Below are positions 27,001 through 42,000 of a stretch of 64,000 bases of DNA, one piece after another (positions within the stretch are counted from its first letter, which is position 1; every line of letters begins with the position of its first letter). Below the pieces are notes generated by a model. That model did not search any database and was not told the origin of the DNA. It saw only the letters and a list, made by a program, of their open reading frames with translations. A program made the position numbers and the translations under genes. Location: contig CAYPCX010000008.1 in the NCBI GenBank assembly GCA_964409365.1, forward strand, positions 265 through 64,264. The letters run 5' to 3'. This stretch comes from an uncultured Planctomycetia bacterium (GTDB lineage Bacteria; Omnitrophota; Gorgyraeia; Tantalellales; Tantalellaceae).

Positions 27001-30000
27001 CCCTCTCTTAAAAGCTCCTCGTCACTTTCAGCGACTACGACGGATTCCGCATCAGTACTGGCGAATTGTGAAAAGACAGCCGCTCCTTCTGCGTTCCTGT
27101 CACCAAAAATCAACGCGTTCTTGCCCAGTTGTGTCAGGAAGAGCTCCGCTATCGCGTTGAACTGCGGCACGGAGGTTCCACTCCCGTGATACTCTTCGAT
27201 AAAGAGCACGGCGCTCTCCCCTGTCACGGGAATAACGCGTTTCAGAATACCGCAGATGAATCCCGGCAGGCGTGCCTTTGCGAACAACCGGCCCAAGACC
27301 CTGTACAACGCGGGATGTTTTTCCTTGAACGCCCGCGACTTGCGCGCGTGGTATAACTGGCGGGCAATGCCGTGCACGAGCCAGGCAAGGACCACAACAG
27401 GAAGCGCGAGGATCCCTATCAGGGCCAGGCTTCTCAAGGTCGGGCCTTTGCTTTCGCCTGTTTTCTCGCCGGCTGAAGAGCCCGGCTCCGGTTCCGTTTC
27501 CTTCCCTCTCAGCGTGAACCTGGCGCGCGTGCCTTCTTGAATCCTGATCGGGGTTCCCTTGTCCTCTACAAATTCCTCTTTACCCGGATCATACACAAAC
27601 CTCCGGCCCGTTCCTCTATCACCCGTTTCATATACTATTTCACCGGCTTCGGCAAAACTGGAACCAACCGTGTACCTGAACCCGCGCCCCTGGCCGGAGG
27701 AGATGGCTTCCTGCGAAAAAGCCCATTTTCTTTCCTGTTCGACGTCCCAGTTGCCGCCGCCCGTGCCCCTAGCCACTATCTCAATGCCTGTGGGCACGCC
27801 GTCCGAATAGAGCTTGCGCAACGTAACTATCCCACCGCCACAGTGCCTTTTTACGTTATAAGACAATTCAAAAACGACTCCGCCAACCTTGGTTTCAGAC
27901 CATCCCATACGTTCACATACGTTTCCGAAAAATTCACAAGCCCGTTTTTCTGCTTCGTGGGCAGCTTTCAACTCCACTCTTTCCGTCCTTTCGCCCATGT
28001 CGCTTTCCCTTCCAACCAACTTATCAGAGAAAACGGGTAGGATTTCCATGTTAAACGAAAACCACGCCTCCTGATTCAGTCCCTCGAGCCTGCCCTCGTC
28101 ATTCCTGAGTATCTCAATAGCTCCTTCCTCGAACATCCTCCTCTCTATCTCATGTGCCTCATTACCGGATACTTCAAAGATAGCGTCCCCCGTGGGGTTG
28201 TCTTCAGTGATGTTCAGGTTGCCGGACGGCCTCCATACCTTATCCGCTTCCGAGAACTGCACCCCGCCGTACCCTGTGACGCACGCTTCGGCCGTCACAT
28301 AATAGGTGCCGGACTGCTCCGGCTTGAAAGTGCCTTTAAAGACATAATCATGATAGTTCTGTGGATCCATGCCTCCGACACCCGCGTAAGCCATTGGCAT
28401 GTATTCCGTCGCGACAAAAGCCTGTCTTTCGCGATCGAACTTTCTTATTTTCAGTCGCGCCTGCAGACAATTTGCGACAAATTCAAGATTTTTCGGATTG
28501 CTGGCTTCTTTATCTTCGGGGTCATCTTCCGGCGAAACAGGATAAAAATCTTTTCCGAGATATACATTGAATTGAACATCGTGACTCGAACCTATCTTGC
28601 AATCTATCCTCGACCCGGAAGCGGGTTTAAGTTTTCCCAACCATGAAATGCGCGGGTAAACACCCCCGAGCTCCTGCGAAACGACCAGCTGCCGGAAAAT
28701 CCCGGCTACCTGCTCTATCGTAATGTTCTGGTCGAACTCGATCTCATTCTTAAGGATCTCTATTATCGAGCCGAGCGAATCAAGATCCTCTCTCACTTTA
28801 TTATCGGTATCGCGCAACGTGTCTTTCTGTTCCTCGGGGACCGGAAGGCTGTCAATTATAACGTCCATTGCATCCACCGCTTTTTCCAGGTTGATCCGGA
28901 CACCGTTTATGTGTCTCACTAACAATCTATGCACGTCCTTTATGTCGAGAATCTTCTGCGCTTCCAGTTTAGAGCAAATGGACCTTTCTTTTTCAGCGTG
29001 TCGCTCGAACCGTTCGGTAAGTTCGCGAAGTTGTTCCGCCACCAGATCCTGATCCAAAACATCTATATATTCCCTGAGAAGATGCTTCGTATAGTTGGTC
29101 TTCAATAATCCCGCCGTCGACGCGAAACTGTTATAGACTATATGATATATGTCGCTTTTCAGCTGTTCGGGTTCATTGCCTTTCAACTGATCAAGTAAAG
29201 GCATGACCTCGGACATCGTTAGTACGTGCCCGTTTTCGGCCTTGCCAGTCCCGCGCATGTGTTTTATAAAGAACTCATACTCGTCATGATATGTCCTGTC
29301 GAGATATTCGACCACATCCCGGAAAGAGAACTGCGTCGCGAGCACCACGATGAATAAAGAGTCCAGTTCCGCTTTCCTGTTCCCGTTGGTGTTCATGAGT
29401 TCGCGTACAGTCCTCTGGAATATCCTATCGACACTTCCCGGTGTGAGATCGACCAGGGCATACCTGTTCCTGCTTTCGTCCAGAAAGCCTTTAAGGACGC
29501 CTTGTAGGACCACCAGCCTGGTTTCGCCGGGATGAGCTTCTTTCCATCCTTTGAACCGGTGAACGATCATGTTATCGCGGCACTGCGCCCATTGCTCTTC
29601 GATCTGACCGCTGATATCCCCAAGGGTTCTCTCGATAAGTAAAGGTATTTCTATATCAAAATTTTCCAGATCCTGTCGTCGCCTCGCGTGCCTCTCATAA
29701 AACCTGACCGGATTGCCCAGCAGTTTTTCGCTGTAGTGATCCACGGCCAGTTCCTCGACGAACTCTTGTTCGCTCCCGTAGCTACCGTGCTGCCCCTGAT
29801 AAAGTTTCGCTAAAAGCAAATATCTTCCTTCCCCCAAATGGCCCTTCAAGAAACCGGCAAGCTTGCGTACATGGTCATCGGTTATCATGCCATGCAGCCT
29901 TTCATGGAATCTCCCGTACTCTTTTACTTCGGCCAGGGAAATATCTCTTCCCAGCACTTCACAAAGCGACTGCCTGTAGACCTCCAGGACCTGTTTCGGC

Positions 30001-33000
30001 TGCGCTTCAATCGTGGATATCTGTTCGCCCTTGATGATGCGGAAAAGACCGGAACGGATAATCTCCCGGGCTTCTTCCCTGGTACATATTTTTCCAGCTA
30101 CAAGCCTCCCGGAAAACACCTCCCACAGGTCTTTTTGCCCGTCTCTGACGTACCTGGGCATCGGAAATTTACGTTCTTTGCCGGCTAACCCGTCGTCCTT
30201 CGCGAACGCAGGTTCAGACCTCGTGAGGTCTATATACCCCCTGAATTCAGCGAAAATGCTTCTGTAAAGTTTCGCGAAAAAGTCAGGTTCCGCCAAGCGC
30301 TCCTTACAGCCCTCTATGTCGATCAGAACATATTCCGCGAGATCGATCCTTTTCTCCGAAGCACCCGGATAGTTCTGTTCTAAAATGCCTTCGGTGCCTT
30401 CGACCCTGCTTATCTGACAAAGACCTTCCCGGCCCTCGACCTTGCTGATTCTGAGGTCCTTATCCACCTTGAAAACCTGTCCTATGGGCACAAAATTCAC
30501 ATGGAATTCGAATTTCGGGTCCAGCTCCGGACCTAATTCCTCTTTCGCCTGCTCAGTGATCACGCTAAGCGCTTTCATGATCTCCTGCTGTGTAGTACTA
30601 CTTTCGCGACGGTTTTTGTAATCTACGACAAAATCGATGTCTTTCGGCCATGGTTTCATGCATCCTTTAACAAAACTTCCGATAATATAGTATCGGCTGA
30701 TATCGCTTTCGCTCCTAAAAACATTTATCACCTGCTTGATATACGGATAAAGTTTCGTCAGGCATTCTGAAACATCTTCAAGGTATTCCTCGTGACTCTC
30801 ATTCGCCAACGGCCGGGTTTTTGCCATCGCTTTAACACGCGGGTCTATCCTGTCATAGTCGTAATGTTCCGTAACGAACCTCCAGGCAAGGAGGAACCTG
30901 GTAAGGAGACTCTCCCCGTAGGCCTCTTTCAGAAGCGCCTTCTCTTTCCCGAAATACCTGCCGGAGGCGAAACCTTCCGGACGGTCTACGGACCTGTCCT
31001 TTTCTTCCCCAAAGAACCGGTCTACCCTTGCCTTCAAGTCCTTCTGCCTTTCAAGAAGCGCTCTGTGGTCAGGCATATCGTTGAAGAGGATCACCAGGGC
31101 TTCTTCCAGCTTCCACAGGAACTTAAGCGACCAGCCCATATTGGTATGGGCGGCTTCATGGGAAAGCCTCTCATGGAGGAGCTGCGCGGCTACCTCTTTG
31201 TCTTCTACATCAAGAATGGTATCGATAAAATGCTTATCAAGAACGATGAACCTTCTGCCGGAACGGCTTGTGTATTTCGCGGCGTTCGAGGAAAGATCGG
31301 GATACAATACTATAACGGGCGGAGCCCTCAACGACGGAAAATGGGTATACACGAAATCCTTGATGACCGAAAGCAACCGCGCGATATAACCTGCCGGTTT
31401 AATCTTATTCGCGAGGTTCAAGAGTCCCGCCAGCTTTACGGCCTTTTCCCTTCTGGCCTTACTTCCCAGCGGTTTCCTCACCACATATTCGCCGCTTTCG
31501 TACCTTATCCCGGTACCGATCAAGCTTGATTCATCTATTGTCTCTACCGCCTCTCCGGCAGGATAGGAAACGATCGCATCTTCCTGCATATGCCTTGCCA
31601 TCTTTATGGACTCGTCCAGCGGAGCCAGGTCAACACCCTTTTCTCTTTCGAGCGCGGCCTTCATCTCACCGAGCAATCCTATCATCCTGTTCTTTAGTTC
31701 CCCCGCCCAGAACTTTCTGAGATACCCGGCGTGATCGATCGCCTGGTCCGTCCCGGCTGAGTCGCTTATCATCAATTTGCTTAAATTATCCAGAGCGGCC
31801 GGATCTGTTCCTTTCAAGCTTTTCTCATGTTCTTTCCCGATGGTGGAAAGAACTACAGCAAGAATGAACCGTCGCATGAACGCCTGCTTCCTGTCCGGGA
31901 AGCCCTGCGGGAAATTTTCATCCACATATTCCTGGAAAGCCTTATAAAAACGTGCTGACACTTTTCCCTTCCAGGGACATTTCACCACTTCCGGCCCCGG
32001 CAACGCGCTCATCGGAAGATACCAGTTATCCAACGCCTCGTAAAGCTCGGCAACCTCCCCTAAAAACCGCTTGCCGGGTCCTTCTTTTTCGATCCCGATC
32101 AGCCTCGCGTAAAGAATATCAAAGAACAGGCGCTGGTTCTCCACGAGATTCATATCAATATACGGCGATCTGCCGAACCTTTTCTCCTCCTCGATCAGGT
32201 CCCTTACCCTGTTCATGTATCTTTTCCACATCGTCCTGCAATTGACGATACCCTTAAGATCAGCGGTCACGGGCTTTTCTTTTTCTACGATAGTAACGAC
32301 CCGTGCCATGCTCACCTGGTCGGCACTTATCTTCTCACCAGAGTTTTCCAGATCGTCGAGGAACAATCCGACAAGCTCGGACATCTTTGTCTTTTGAGCA
32401 ACGAGGGTAAAGGCCTCTTCCGCGGTCTGTTCCCCAAAAACCGGCTTATACGCGCGCCCGACCATTTCAGAAACAAAGGCCTCCTTTATCGCTTTAATAT
32501 CCCTTTCGCGGGTGTACGCCCGGTGATGCATCTTGGCATTCTCCAGCGAATAGGTGAAGTTCAAACCCGCCAGGTTGACTTCCTCCGACAGGAGAAGATC
32601 CATCATATCCCCGACCTTATCCTTTATCTCCCGGCGGCTGCGTTCCGGTCCATCGACGCAGGATATGGAATCAAAATCTATAGTGACAACAACGGGTTTG
32701 TCCCCTATTATCTCGGAATATCTCTTCTTCAGCTCATCTATCGTCGCGAAACTGTGGTCATATAGATACCCTTTGTCCTTGTCGGGATTGTTCTCGCTCC
32801 CGTATATCCATATTTTCCTGCCTTTCAGCAGATCCTCTTTAACCATAAAATACATCCAGTTCGCCGGGTTCAGCCATCTACCCGACCTGCAGTCATTATG
32901 AAAATCGATATTGATAACAGCCGCTTCCTCGGGCAGGGTCTTACCCGATTCGCGTTTGGCCCAGCAATAGAACATATCATGGTCGTTATGGACCATGACC

Positions 33001-36000
33001 GGTATCTCCCGGCCTTTTTTATTCTTCAGCGCGGTTATCCCGGAAAACTTTCCGGCTATCTTTTTGATCTTCGCCATCCTGTGCAGATACCATCCCCAAT
33101 AGATGAATAAGCCGAAAACAGCGGTCAGCACACTCCCCACTCCCCACACGGGATTCATGTTCAGGTAAACACCGCTATCAGACCTTTGTTTTGGCATACC
33201 CAGCGTGATCTTGCCCGAAAGGGCGCCTTCCTCATCCAGATACCGGTATTCCGGCGAAACCCGTTCTTTCCAGAATTCCTGGGCCGGTTCATCTTCGATC
33301 TTCACCTCATAATTTTTAACGCCTCTGGTCCGAAGATGATCTTCCACGCTCTCGACCAAAAAGGCGCCCAGCTGATCGCTTCCGTGAAGAAGCTCTGCAT
33401 ACAGACCATCCACGATAGCTTCATTTTCTTCTGTTCCCGCCGAGCTTGCGGAAAAGACCGAATAACGCAGGAAACCGACAGGTTTACCACCGGCAAGGGC
33501 GACAAAAAATCCGTTATCATCGGCATCAGGCTCCGCTCTTTCCATCCAATCGATATAATTCCTGCCGTTTTGCGCGACTCCTTCACTCATAAGGAATGCG
33601 GCGAATCCTTCCCTTTCCTCCTCGCTCAAACGGCTCGAATGTATAACCCGAGCGGTGTATTCCTGTCCCGATATATCTCTAAGCACACGCTTCCTATCCC
33701 GGATGGGCAGCGCGGTAGTGCCGTCTTCGTCCCGCGGCGCTCTTCTCCCGGGCATGAACGCGAAGCACAAAAGCGTATAGAGAACACCCAATAGCCCGGC
33801 CCCCGCCAGCACCTTTGCTAACACGTCGCTTGTCCCGATCAAGGATACACCCCCCGGGAACGGCAATATCGCGCCCAGGACTATCCCTGCCGCAACGGCC
33901 ACGGCAACCCACTTCATATCGAGCCCGGCGCCCCAGAAACGATTCATGCCCAGATAGAACCCGCCAGTATCCTCCTGCGCAACATTGGGACCTGATCCAT
34001 CTCTGACTTCTTCTATTTGCGCAACGTGCTTTTCAACAAGGGCTTCCATGGCTGCTTGCAATTCAAGCGTCCTTTTGTCAAGTATAAGCTTGTGCCCTCC
34101 CCGGTTCAGGATATATTCATCATCACGGCACTCCGTGCGCAGGTCCCGCTTTAAGAACTCTTCCAGTCCTTTGTTCTGTAAAAACCCGGTGAATTCATCA
34201 TAGAACTGCTCATAGATATCTGAAAGTGCTTCTTCTTTTGCGCTCTTTTTCCCCGTTTTAAGGTAAGCGAGCAAAGAGGTATGCAGAAGGTGAGTCATCC
34301 TCAAAGCCCCGCGGTGGCCTGACCTGTCAGACAGGACATTCCCCAGACCATATTCCGTTAGTTCGTCAAACGTTTCTTTTACCCCTTTAACGACATCCCA
34401 CGGGACCACATCCTTCTTTTGCCTGTACGCATATTGGTTCTTTTTCTCATTGAGCCGTTTATCGGATGCGGTCAGGAACCCTTCCGCCAGTGTTATCAAA
34501 TTCACGCCTTCTTCAAAAGCTTCCTTGGCCTCTTCCCTTCGGAATATGCCGGGTCTTGCCACGTTTATATGCAGGGGAAGCACTATATCGGCCCCTGTCG
34601 GAATTATCCCCAGGTCCTGCATGGTGTCTATCATCTCCGCCACGTCTTTCCAGTCCCTTGCCGGTTGCGGCGAAATTTCGAGTATCACCCGGTCCTCCAT
34701 GAACTCATGCTTGTCATCAGTCTCTATGTCGAGCAGCTTCATCAATGCCTTCGTGGCTTTCACGGGATACCCTTCGACCGAACGCTCGATCTCTATCTCA
34801 CAACCTATGGTCGGGAAATCCTCCAGGGCCTTTTCTCTTTCCAGGCACTCACTTATTCTTCCCCTCAAACACTCAACGACCTCTTCCGGCTCGGCGCGTT
34901 CTTTCCAGAGCATATGATAAGCTTTCAGTTTCAGGTTCGCGCCCGCGCCCCTTGATATCCCCATAAGGCCCTGATGTATATCGGCATCATCCAGCACGTC
35001 TTCAAATAACGCATGTAAAGCGGACCTGCCACCCGCCTCATACCCCTCTTCGGTGAAGACTTCCTCGACCGTCTGCATAAAGTCGGTCACCACGAACTTC
35101 TCATAAGCTTCATCCACGGTCATCTTCCTGCCGAAGAACGTGGAGAGAACGGTCATCCATATAAGGCGCAGCTTCCAGGAGAAGGCGGACCATGATCCTG
35201 AATTATACAGGCGTTCTATCTCATACAGTTCGAGGGCTTTCTCTTTATGGAAGTCCCAGGTGCGTTTCCCCCTTCCGGGGCCCCTTATGGCGGCCATGAT
35301 CCCGATAAAGCCCGGCTTCCTTTCCGAAAGGACTTCCCTGATATACTCACGTGTCTCGTCCCGTCCGGCTTCGTCCACGGGTAAGGGTCTGGGTCCGAAC
35401 ACCGCCATCTCGCCCTTGAACAGGTTGATGATCTGCGGGAATTCGTCGAGCCCACGGTCTCTCAGGAATTCGCCGTATTTCCTCACTTTCCCGTCACTGT
35501 CCATTGTCCTCAGCTTATAGCACCTGAACACCTTACCCTTGTGTCCGTACCTTTCCTGGACGAAGAAGAAGCCCTTCAACGTATCGATAGACTCGCGTAT
35601 GAACGCCAGAATCGAGAGAATAAGCGACTCCAGCGCCGCCTTAAGCGCATCAAGCCATAAGAAAGGCCGTTTTTCTTCAGGTGAATCCAGTGATTTCACG
35701 CCAAATTTCATGTTGTCTTTTCCGCGATAATCACGTCCTTCTTCCGATATGAACTTTTTCCAAAGATTCTGGGCGGCACCATTGCTTTCTACCCCGACGA
35801 AATACTCCCTCACTCCACGGCCCCTGAGATAATCTTCCAGACATTCGACCACAAACGTCCCTAAACCTTTCTCGCGATGTTCAAGTGCTACATATAAACT
35901 GTGGACGTGGGCCTCACTCGGGGAAAAGACCAGATACTTGATAATACCTGCCGGTTCTCCGTCGACCAACGCGATAAAGAATCCCTCACTGTCACTGACC

Positions 36001-39000
36001 CAGTCAAGGGACTTTCTCGCGATCTTCCGGGCGTTTTCTATATCCCCCTTGAAGATCACCTGGGACACCTTTTTCTCCTCCGCCATGAAATCAGCGACTT
36101 TATCTTTCTCTTCCGGCGTTAACTCGGTCGTGTGGGCCACGCGGGCCGTACACCTTTCCCCCGTCTTAGAAACAAGGACTCGCGTCCATTCCAGAACGGG
36201 CGCTTCGCCTTCCCTCGCTTCTTCTAACTCCAACGCGGGTTCGGACCCCTGTTTTTTAGAGCTGAGGGCAAGCCAGACCGACGCGCTGGTAAAAGCGGCG
36301 GCAAGAAAATACTGCCAGTAGAACGGCTCACAACCATAGAGGCAGGAAAACATGACCGCCAGGACGGGAAACAGCCCTATAACGGGAAAATACCGCGTAA
36401 GGTGGTAATCCTTGATGCTGAGTATCTTGGTATAGACCAGCCAGTTAGTAATATAGGCGACGGCGAAAAGCGGGAATGCCCAATGCAGGAAAAAAGTTCC
36501 ATGGGTCAAAAGAACCCCTATATCCGGCGCTAAAACAGTCTTCAATACAGGAGGCAGGAAACCGCCCGCGAGGGATAAAGATACCAGCGAGGTGAGGCTT
36601 CCCCAGCAGATCGCCCCCATTATATACATGGTCTGGGTTATCGCGGCGGGAAGATTCCGTAAAAGAGCCCTTTTCGTACTTTCTTCCATTTCCTGATCAT
36701 CGTGTACGCTATTGAACAGCTTCTTGATCAGGATGTTCCTCACGGCGTTGACCATAGAAGCCGCCACGACCAGTATGATGCCCGTAGCGCTCAAAGCGAG
36801 ATCTTTATCGGCTATATAAGTAAGCCACCAGATGCCCGCGATAATGCCGAAATTACCGGCAACTTTGCGTGAGGTGATCTTCTCGCCCAGGAACAGGGCG
36901 GCCAGGACCATCACGCCGATATGAGTGAGCTGTATCAGCACGGCGAAAGCGCCCGCCGAAATGAAGAGCAGCGAATAATTGCAGAGCATGGCGGCGGCGA
37001 ACTGGATCAGTATCCCGATAGTGACCATCTGGAGCCGCTGGGGCCAGCTGAGGGTCTTCCAGACCATCCTGAGCGAACCAAAGGGATCGAATATCTTTTT
37101 CGACTGCGGCTCGTCCTGGGAAAGATCGGGTGATCTATCATCTTCCAGGCGATAAAGGCCGGATGCCATAAGCATGCTGCCCAGGATAACGAAGCCGAAC
37201 GAGAAACCGATGGCCCAGGGGAAATACGAAGTGGTAAGGGCCAGCGGCTTACAGGTCCCTATCATGCCCTTAAGCAGGGGCAACACCGCCGCCACGACCG
37301 TTATGATGATAAATCCCATGGTGCGGGGATGGCCCACGAACCAGTCGCCGAGACGGTTCAAAAGAGGCGCCTCAAGACGGCGTTCGCCCGGAGTCGTGAC
37401 CTTTTTGAGCTTGAATTCACGCATGAGATACCTCGTCGCATCCAGGCACCTGCGGCCTGTCGCGACACTGACGGGCACCATCGGGCTCAGGGGATCATAC
37501 TCGTTCACACTGAGACCGAAACGCCTGTTCACCATGGAATAATCGTTGCCTCCCCTGTTCGCTTTATCCCCGACTGTCGCTATACGTCCTTCAGGAATAC
37601 CGAACCTTTCCCGCACAAAATCCACGGCATTCATCTTTTGAATATCCGCCTGGTCTATATCGATCGTTGAATGCGTCTCGACGACGTTCAGGTCGATACT
37701 GACCTTTGTTTCCAGATCCTCTCTGACAATAGCGCCCGCTTTCGCGACCTCTTCAGGATCCATATTTAGCGATATCCCGCCCCGCTTATGTTCGACCAGT
37801 GTGACCTCCGGAAAATCTTCAAAGCCGGTGAAATGCTTCGCAACTTCCTTCTGGACACCATGATCGAATTTGACATCGACACGGGACACTTCTTCTCTCT
37901 CCGGGTAAGATCCCGGATAACCGTTAACGGCGAAGCAGCCGTTCTCCGGCACGGCCCATAAAAGGCCGAGCGCGCTTTCGTCTATGCCACGTTCCTGTAG
38001 CCTCGCGCGTATTTTTTTGAACACGTCGTCCTCTATATCATTAATGCCGTTCTCTCTTAACTTGCCGGCATCGTTATTCTCGCTCAGGTTAAGCATCCGG
38101 CCGCTCGCCATCACGATCAATTTGCCTTCGCTTATACGGTCAACGATCCAGTCGATCACATCTTCCGGCATGTCACCGTTATCATCCGTCAAGACCCTGT
38201 CGATATCAAAAATAACGGCTTCATATTCTCTCGCGAGCGCTATTTTCAGCCGTATAAATGCCGCGACCTTTTCCGTGTACACGAACTGTGCCAGGTATGC
38301 CAAAGCGCCCCAGAGGTTCCTTCCCAGCCAGTTCTCTGATAAGAATCCGGGTATCGCAAATTCGAACCTTTCGTGGTTGGCGTATAAGGCTTGCAATAAA
38401 AGCGGTCGTCCTTTGAGTTCAGCTTTGTTGGCGTAGAGCGTGCCGTTCTCTACGTAGGTAAGGCGCTTTTCACTTTTCGGCGGGGCTTCAGCTTTTTCGA
38501 AGAAAGAAAGCAGATCCTCTTCCTCCGGCCCGGCCCTCAAAAGCCCCAGCTTAACGAACAGGGAATTTAAGGGGTGAACGACCAGCCAGTCTAGAAGTTC
38601 GGTAACAATTCCTTTTGTGTAGTAGAGGTCCGATGTCTGATAAAGGTAAGCAAGCGCGAACAAAGTCGGTATGTTCAAAAGAAGCACCCCACCCGTCCCG
38701 CACAGGCCCGCAAAACCGGCTACAAGTGACACCGCCAGCGGGACCGTAAATACACCCGCGGCTCCCCACGCACCCTGCCAGGAGACGGGCTGTATCCCGC
38801 GCTTCTTTTCGAAAGTTGTTTTCCAAAAAAGTATCGTTTTCCTCTCCTTGCCCACAAATTTCGCGTACTTCAGATTACACAAAGACTTTAACGTGTCCAT
38901 AAAAGCTTCCCACCTGAAAGATCCCAGGGATTTCACCACGCCTTCATACAACTCCTCTACGTCCAACTTTTTATTCATCATTCCGGGGTTTGCCTCGAAA

Positions 39001-42000
39001 AAGGCCAAAATTTCTTCCCTGTTCTGCCTGAGGGCCTCACGATACTCATCCATCTCTTGCATGTAAGAAGGGTCTCTTTTTTTCGCGGGCCGAAAACCAT
39101 CATCATTCCCGGACCGCCCCCCTCTGCTTTCGCCGTCATCGTCCCGCCCAATACTCGACGTTGATGTTCCGAGGATGGTCTTTCTATGCAGCGGGAACAG
39201 CGTATAGTAGACCCCCTTCCAGAACGCCGTCATGCAGAACTGCAGGCCCGTTAAACGGGCGAAGTTCGCGTTGATCTCATCCAGCACCGCCAGACGGAGG
39301 GCATGAGTACGCGGCAGAACGGACATCACGGCCAGATCTATCATAAAATATATCAGCGACGCGAAGGCTGTTACGGCGAGCAGCAGCAAAGCGCCGTTGG
39401 CCACACTATACATGGCAGAGTGCAAAAATCTTGTTATAGCGGTACCTTCTTTAAGCTCCCCGGCCGTAAAAAGACCCGGCTTGTCGCGAAATAGACCGGT
39501 TATGACCTCCCCGCCGGTCATCTTCAATTGCGTGTCGGGGTCCGCGACCGCGCTGTAACCGAACCTGTCTTCATCATCGGTTACGGCCTCGCCCTTTGCG
39601 TGCCCGCACATGTATGTCAGGAAAAGTTTCTTTTTCGCGGGCGCGGAGAACATGACCGAACTGACTTCATCTTCCGTCATGATACCGTCGGTAGCCTGCC
39701 ATGCCTTCCAACTGCCGTGCCCCATGACAATGATGCGTTCAACTTCGGGTTCGCGGAGCGCCGTCTTCAGGTCGTCCTTTGTCGCGTCCGGGACGACGTC
39801 AAGCTGGTACCCTTTAAACCACCAGTAAGGCCTTAATATCGCGGCGATCGAGATGAAGTCCTCTCGCGTCACCCTTTTGTCGGCGCTGCTCACAAGGACG
39901 GTGATCCTCTTATTTCTTTTAAAAGGACCGGGGTTTAACTCGAGTTTTCCCAGCACGGACATGATGATCCCGGCGACCTTCGTTATGATCAGCCCGCCGA
40001 TAAGCCACGTGACGACGTGGTATGTAAGGAAATGCACACCGAGCGCCGCGACCATCGCTAAACCTAAGAATGACACGATCGTCTTCCACCCGAACTGCTG
40101 GAACGCGCCGGCTCCCATGCCGAGATACACTGACCCGGCGGTATCTTTACTGGCCCCCTCCTCTCGTTTGTCTTCTTCTTCGGCTTGAGGAGCATGAGTA
40201 ACTTTTACGATACCACAATCGCTTCCTTCAAAAGACTCTGGTTTTTCAAAACTGGCGTTAAGCCCATGCGTTGCTGCCAACTCATTAAAAAGATCCTTAT
40301 ATTCATCAGTGAATGGTATGGTAACTACGGCCTGGCCGCCGTTTGCCAGATAACTGCTGACTTCGTTCATAAAGCGGCGGAAAAGACCTTTATCCTCGAG
40401 CCACGAATTAAAAATGATAAGATCGAATTTTTCTCCCTGTTCGATCGGTTCGAACAGGTCACCCAGAAGACAGGTGACCTGCCCCGGTTTTATCAAACCT
40501 TTTCTTTCCGCTTCCAGGACATTTACAACAAGATTCGCATAAAAGAATTCCACTTTATCCGTAGCTACACATTCAGCCCAGGGCATATTTACCGCGCAGT
40601 TCAGTATCTGGACGCCGCTGGCCGAGCCGATATCAAGGATTTTTTGCGCTGATGGGTTTACTATGCCGGATTCTTCGGAAAGGATATACTTACGAAGAGG
40701 CACAGTGGTTCTTGCACCATCCGCGGGCCATGTATTAACAGTGCTCAATATTTCATGAGGCTCCCCGTTCCCGGGGAAGACAGCGGACACGTAACTTGCC
40801 GGAAATTCTGCTTCTTTCCCATCTCTAAATTTACATCTGACTTCGTGAGTATATCCTCCTTGTTCCTTTTCACGAATGTCATAAGATTCCACTTGTATCC
40901 CAATTCTGCCGCCGTCCTGCCGCTTGTCGGCCTCTTGCCCGAACTGCGCGAAGCCTTGTAACATCGTCAAAAACATGCCCTTTTCTTCCCGGGTCAATCC
41001 TCTTTCGGGGTCTAATATCTGCCGCTGGCCCTCCTCGGAAAGGAGTTCCTGAACCTGTTCCGGGGTCATCTCCCCGATCCCGAATTTGCGGTGAACATGA
41101 TCTAACATCTCATGTAAAGCGCCTCTTTCTCTTTCGCTCCATGTCCTCTCCCTGTAATGTACCTTGTAAGTTATAAGGGGATTGCGGCTATAGTAATCGT
41201 CGCTATCGTATCTTCTGTCAACCTCCTCCGAATCGACTATTTCTTTCGTCCGGTCATATTTGAATTCCATTATGTCATCGCACTCTACCAGCTCTTCTAT
41301 GACCTCCTCCCCGGTCACATACCTCTCTTCCAGCCGTTCCCTGGCCTCATCGGAACCGAGATAATAATCCCTTAACGGCAGCACCTTTATAAAGTCGGGG
41401 GCGGCGATGCCGCTTTCCCCACCCATCGGCAGTTCGAAGGTCGTTCCATACCGATCCTCTTCGACCTTTGCGAAACCAAGCCGGGGATATAGATCCTCGA
41501 CCAGGGAATTCCTTTCTCCTTTTTTATAACTGCCGCGGATCCTGACCGTATCCGGACTGCTCCTTTTAATGTCATCCAGAACATACGCGAGAAACGCTTT
41601 TTCCGTTTCCAGGCCGATCGCCCTGCAGCTCAGGCAGAAACTGTGTATGACCGCTTCCCTTTCCATCCTGCTGTAAGACTCGGGATGTAATCTGTGGGAA
41701 TAGGCCACGATAACCCCTACCACTCCGTTATTGCCGAATTTATCTATTAACTCTAACGAATAGATATAGCTTGAATATCCTTCGTGTCTGATAAAAGCCT
41801 CTATTTCTTCCTGTGAAAGACGGTAAAGCGTCGGATTGAACTGATTTGTCCTTTGGGTCAACTGCGCCAACCTTGACGCAAAACCTAGATTTTCAGTCCC
41901 TCTCCGTATTACCGCCACCATTTCCAACGAGCGATAGAAATCCTCCAGGGACCTCGATAGCCGTCTGAGCTCCTCTCTCTGTTCCCTTGCCTTGACCAGT

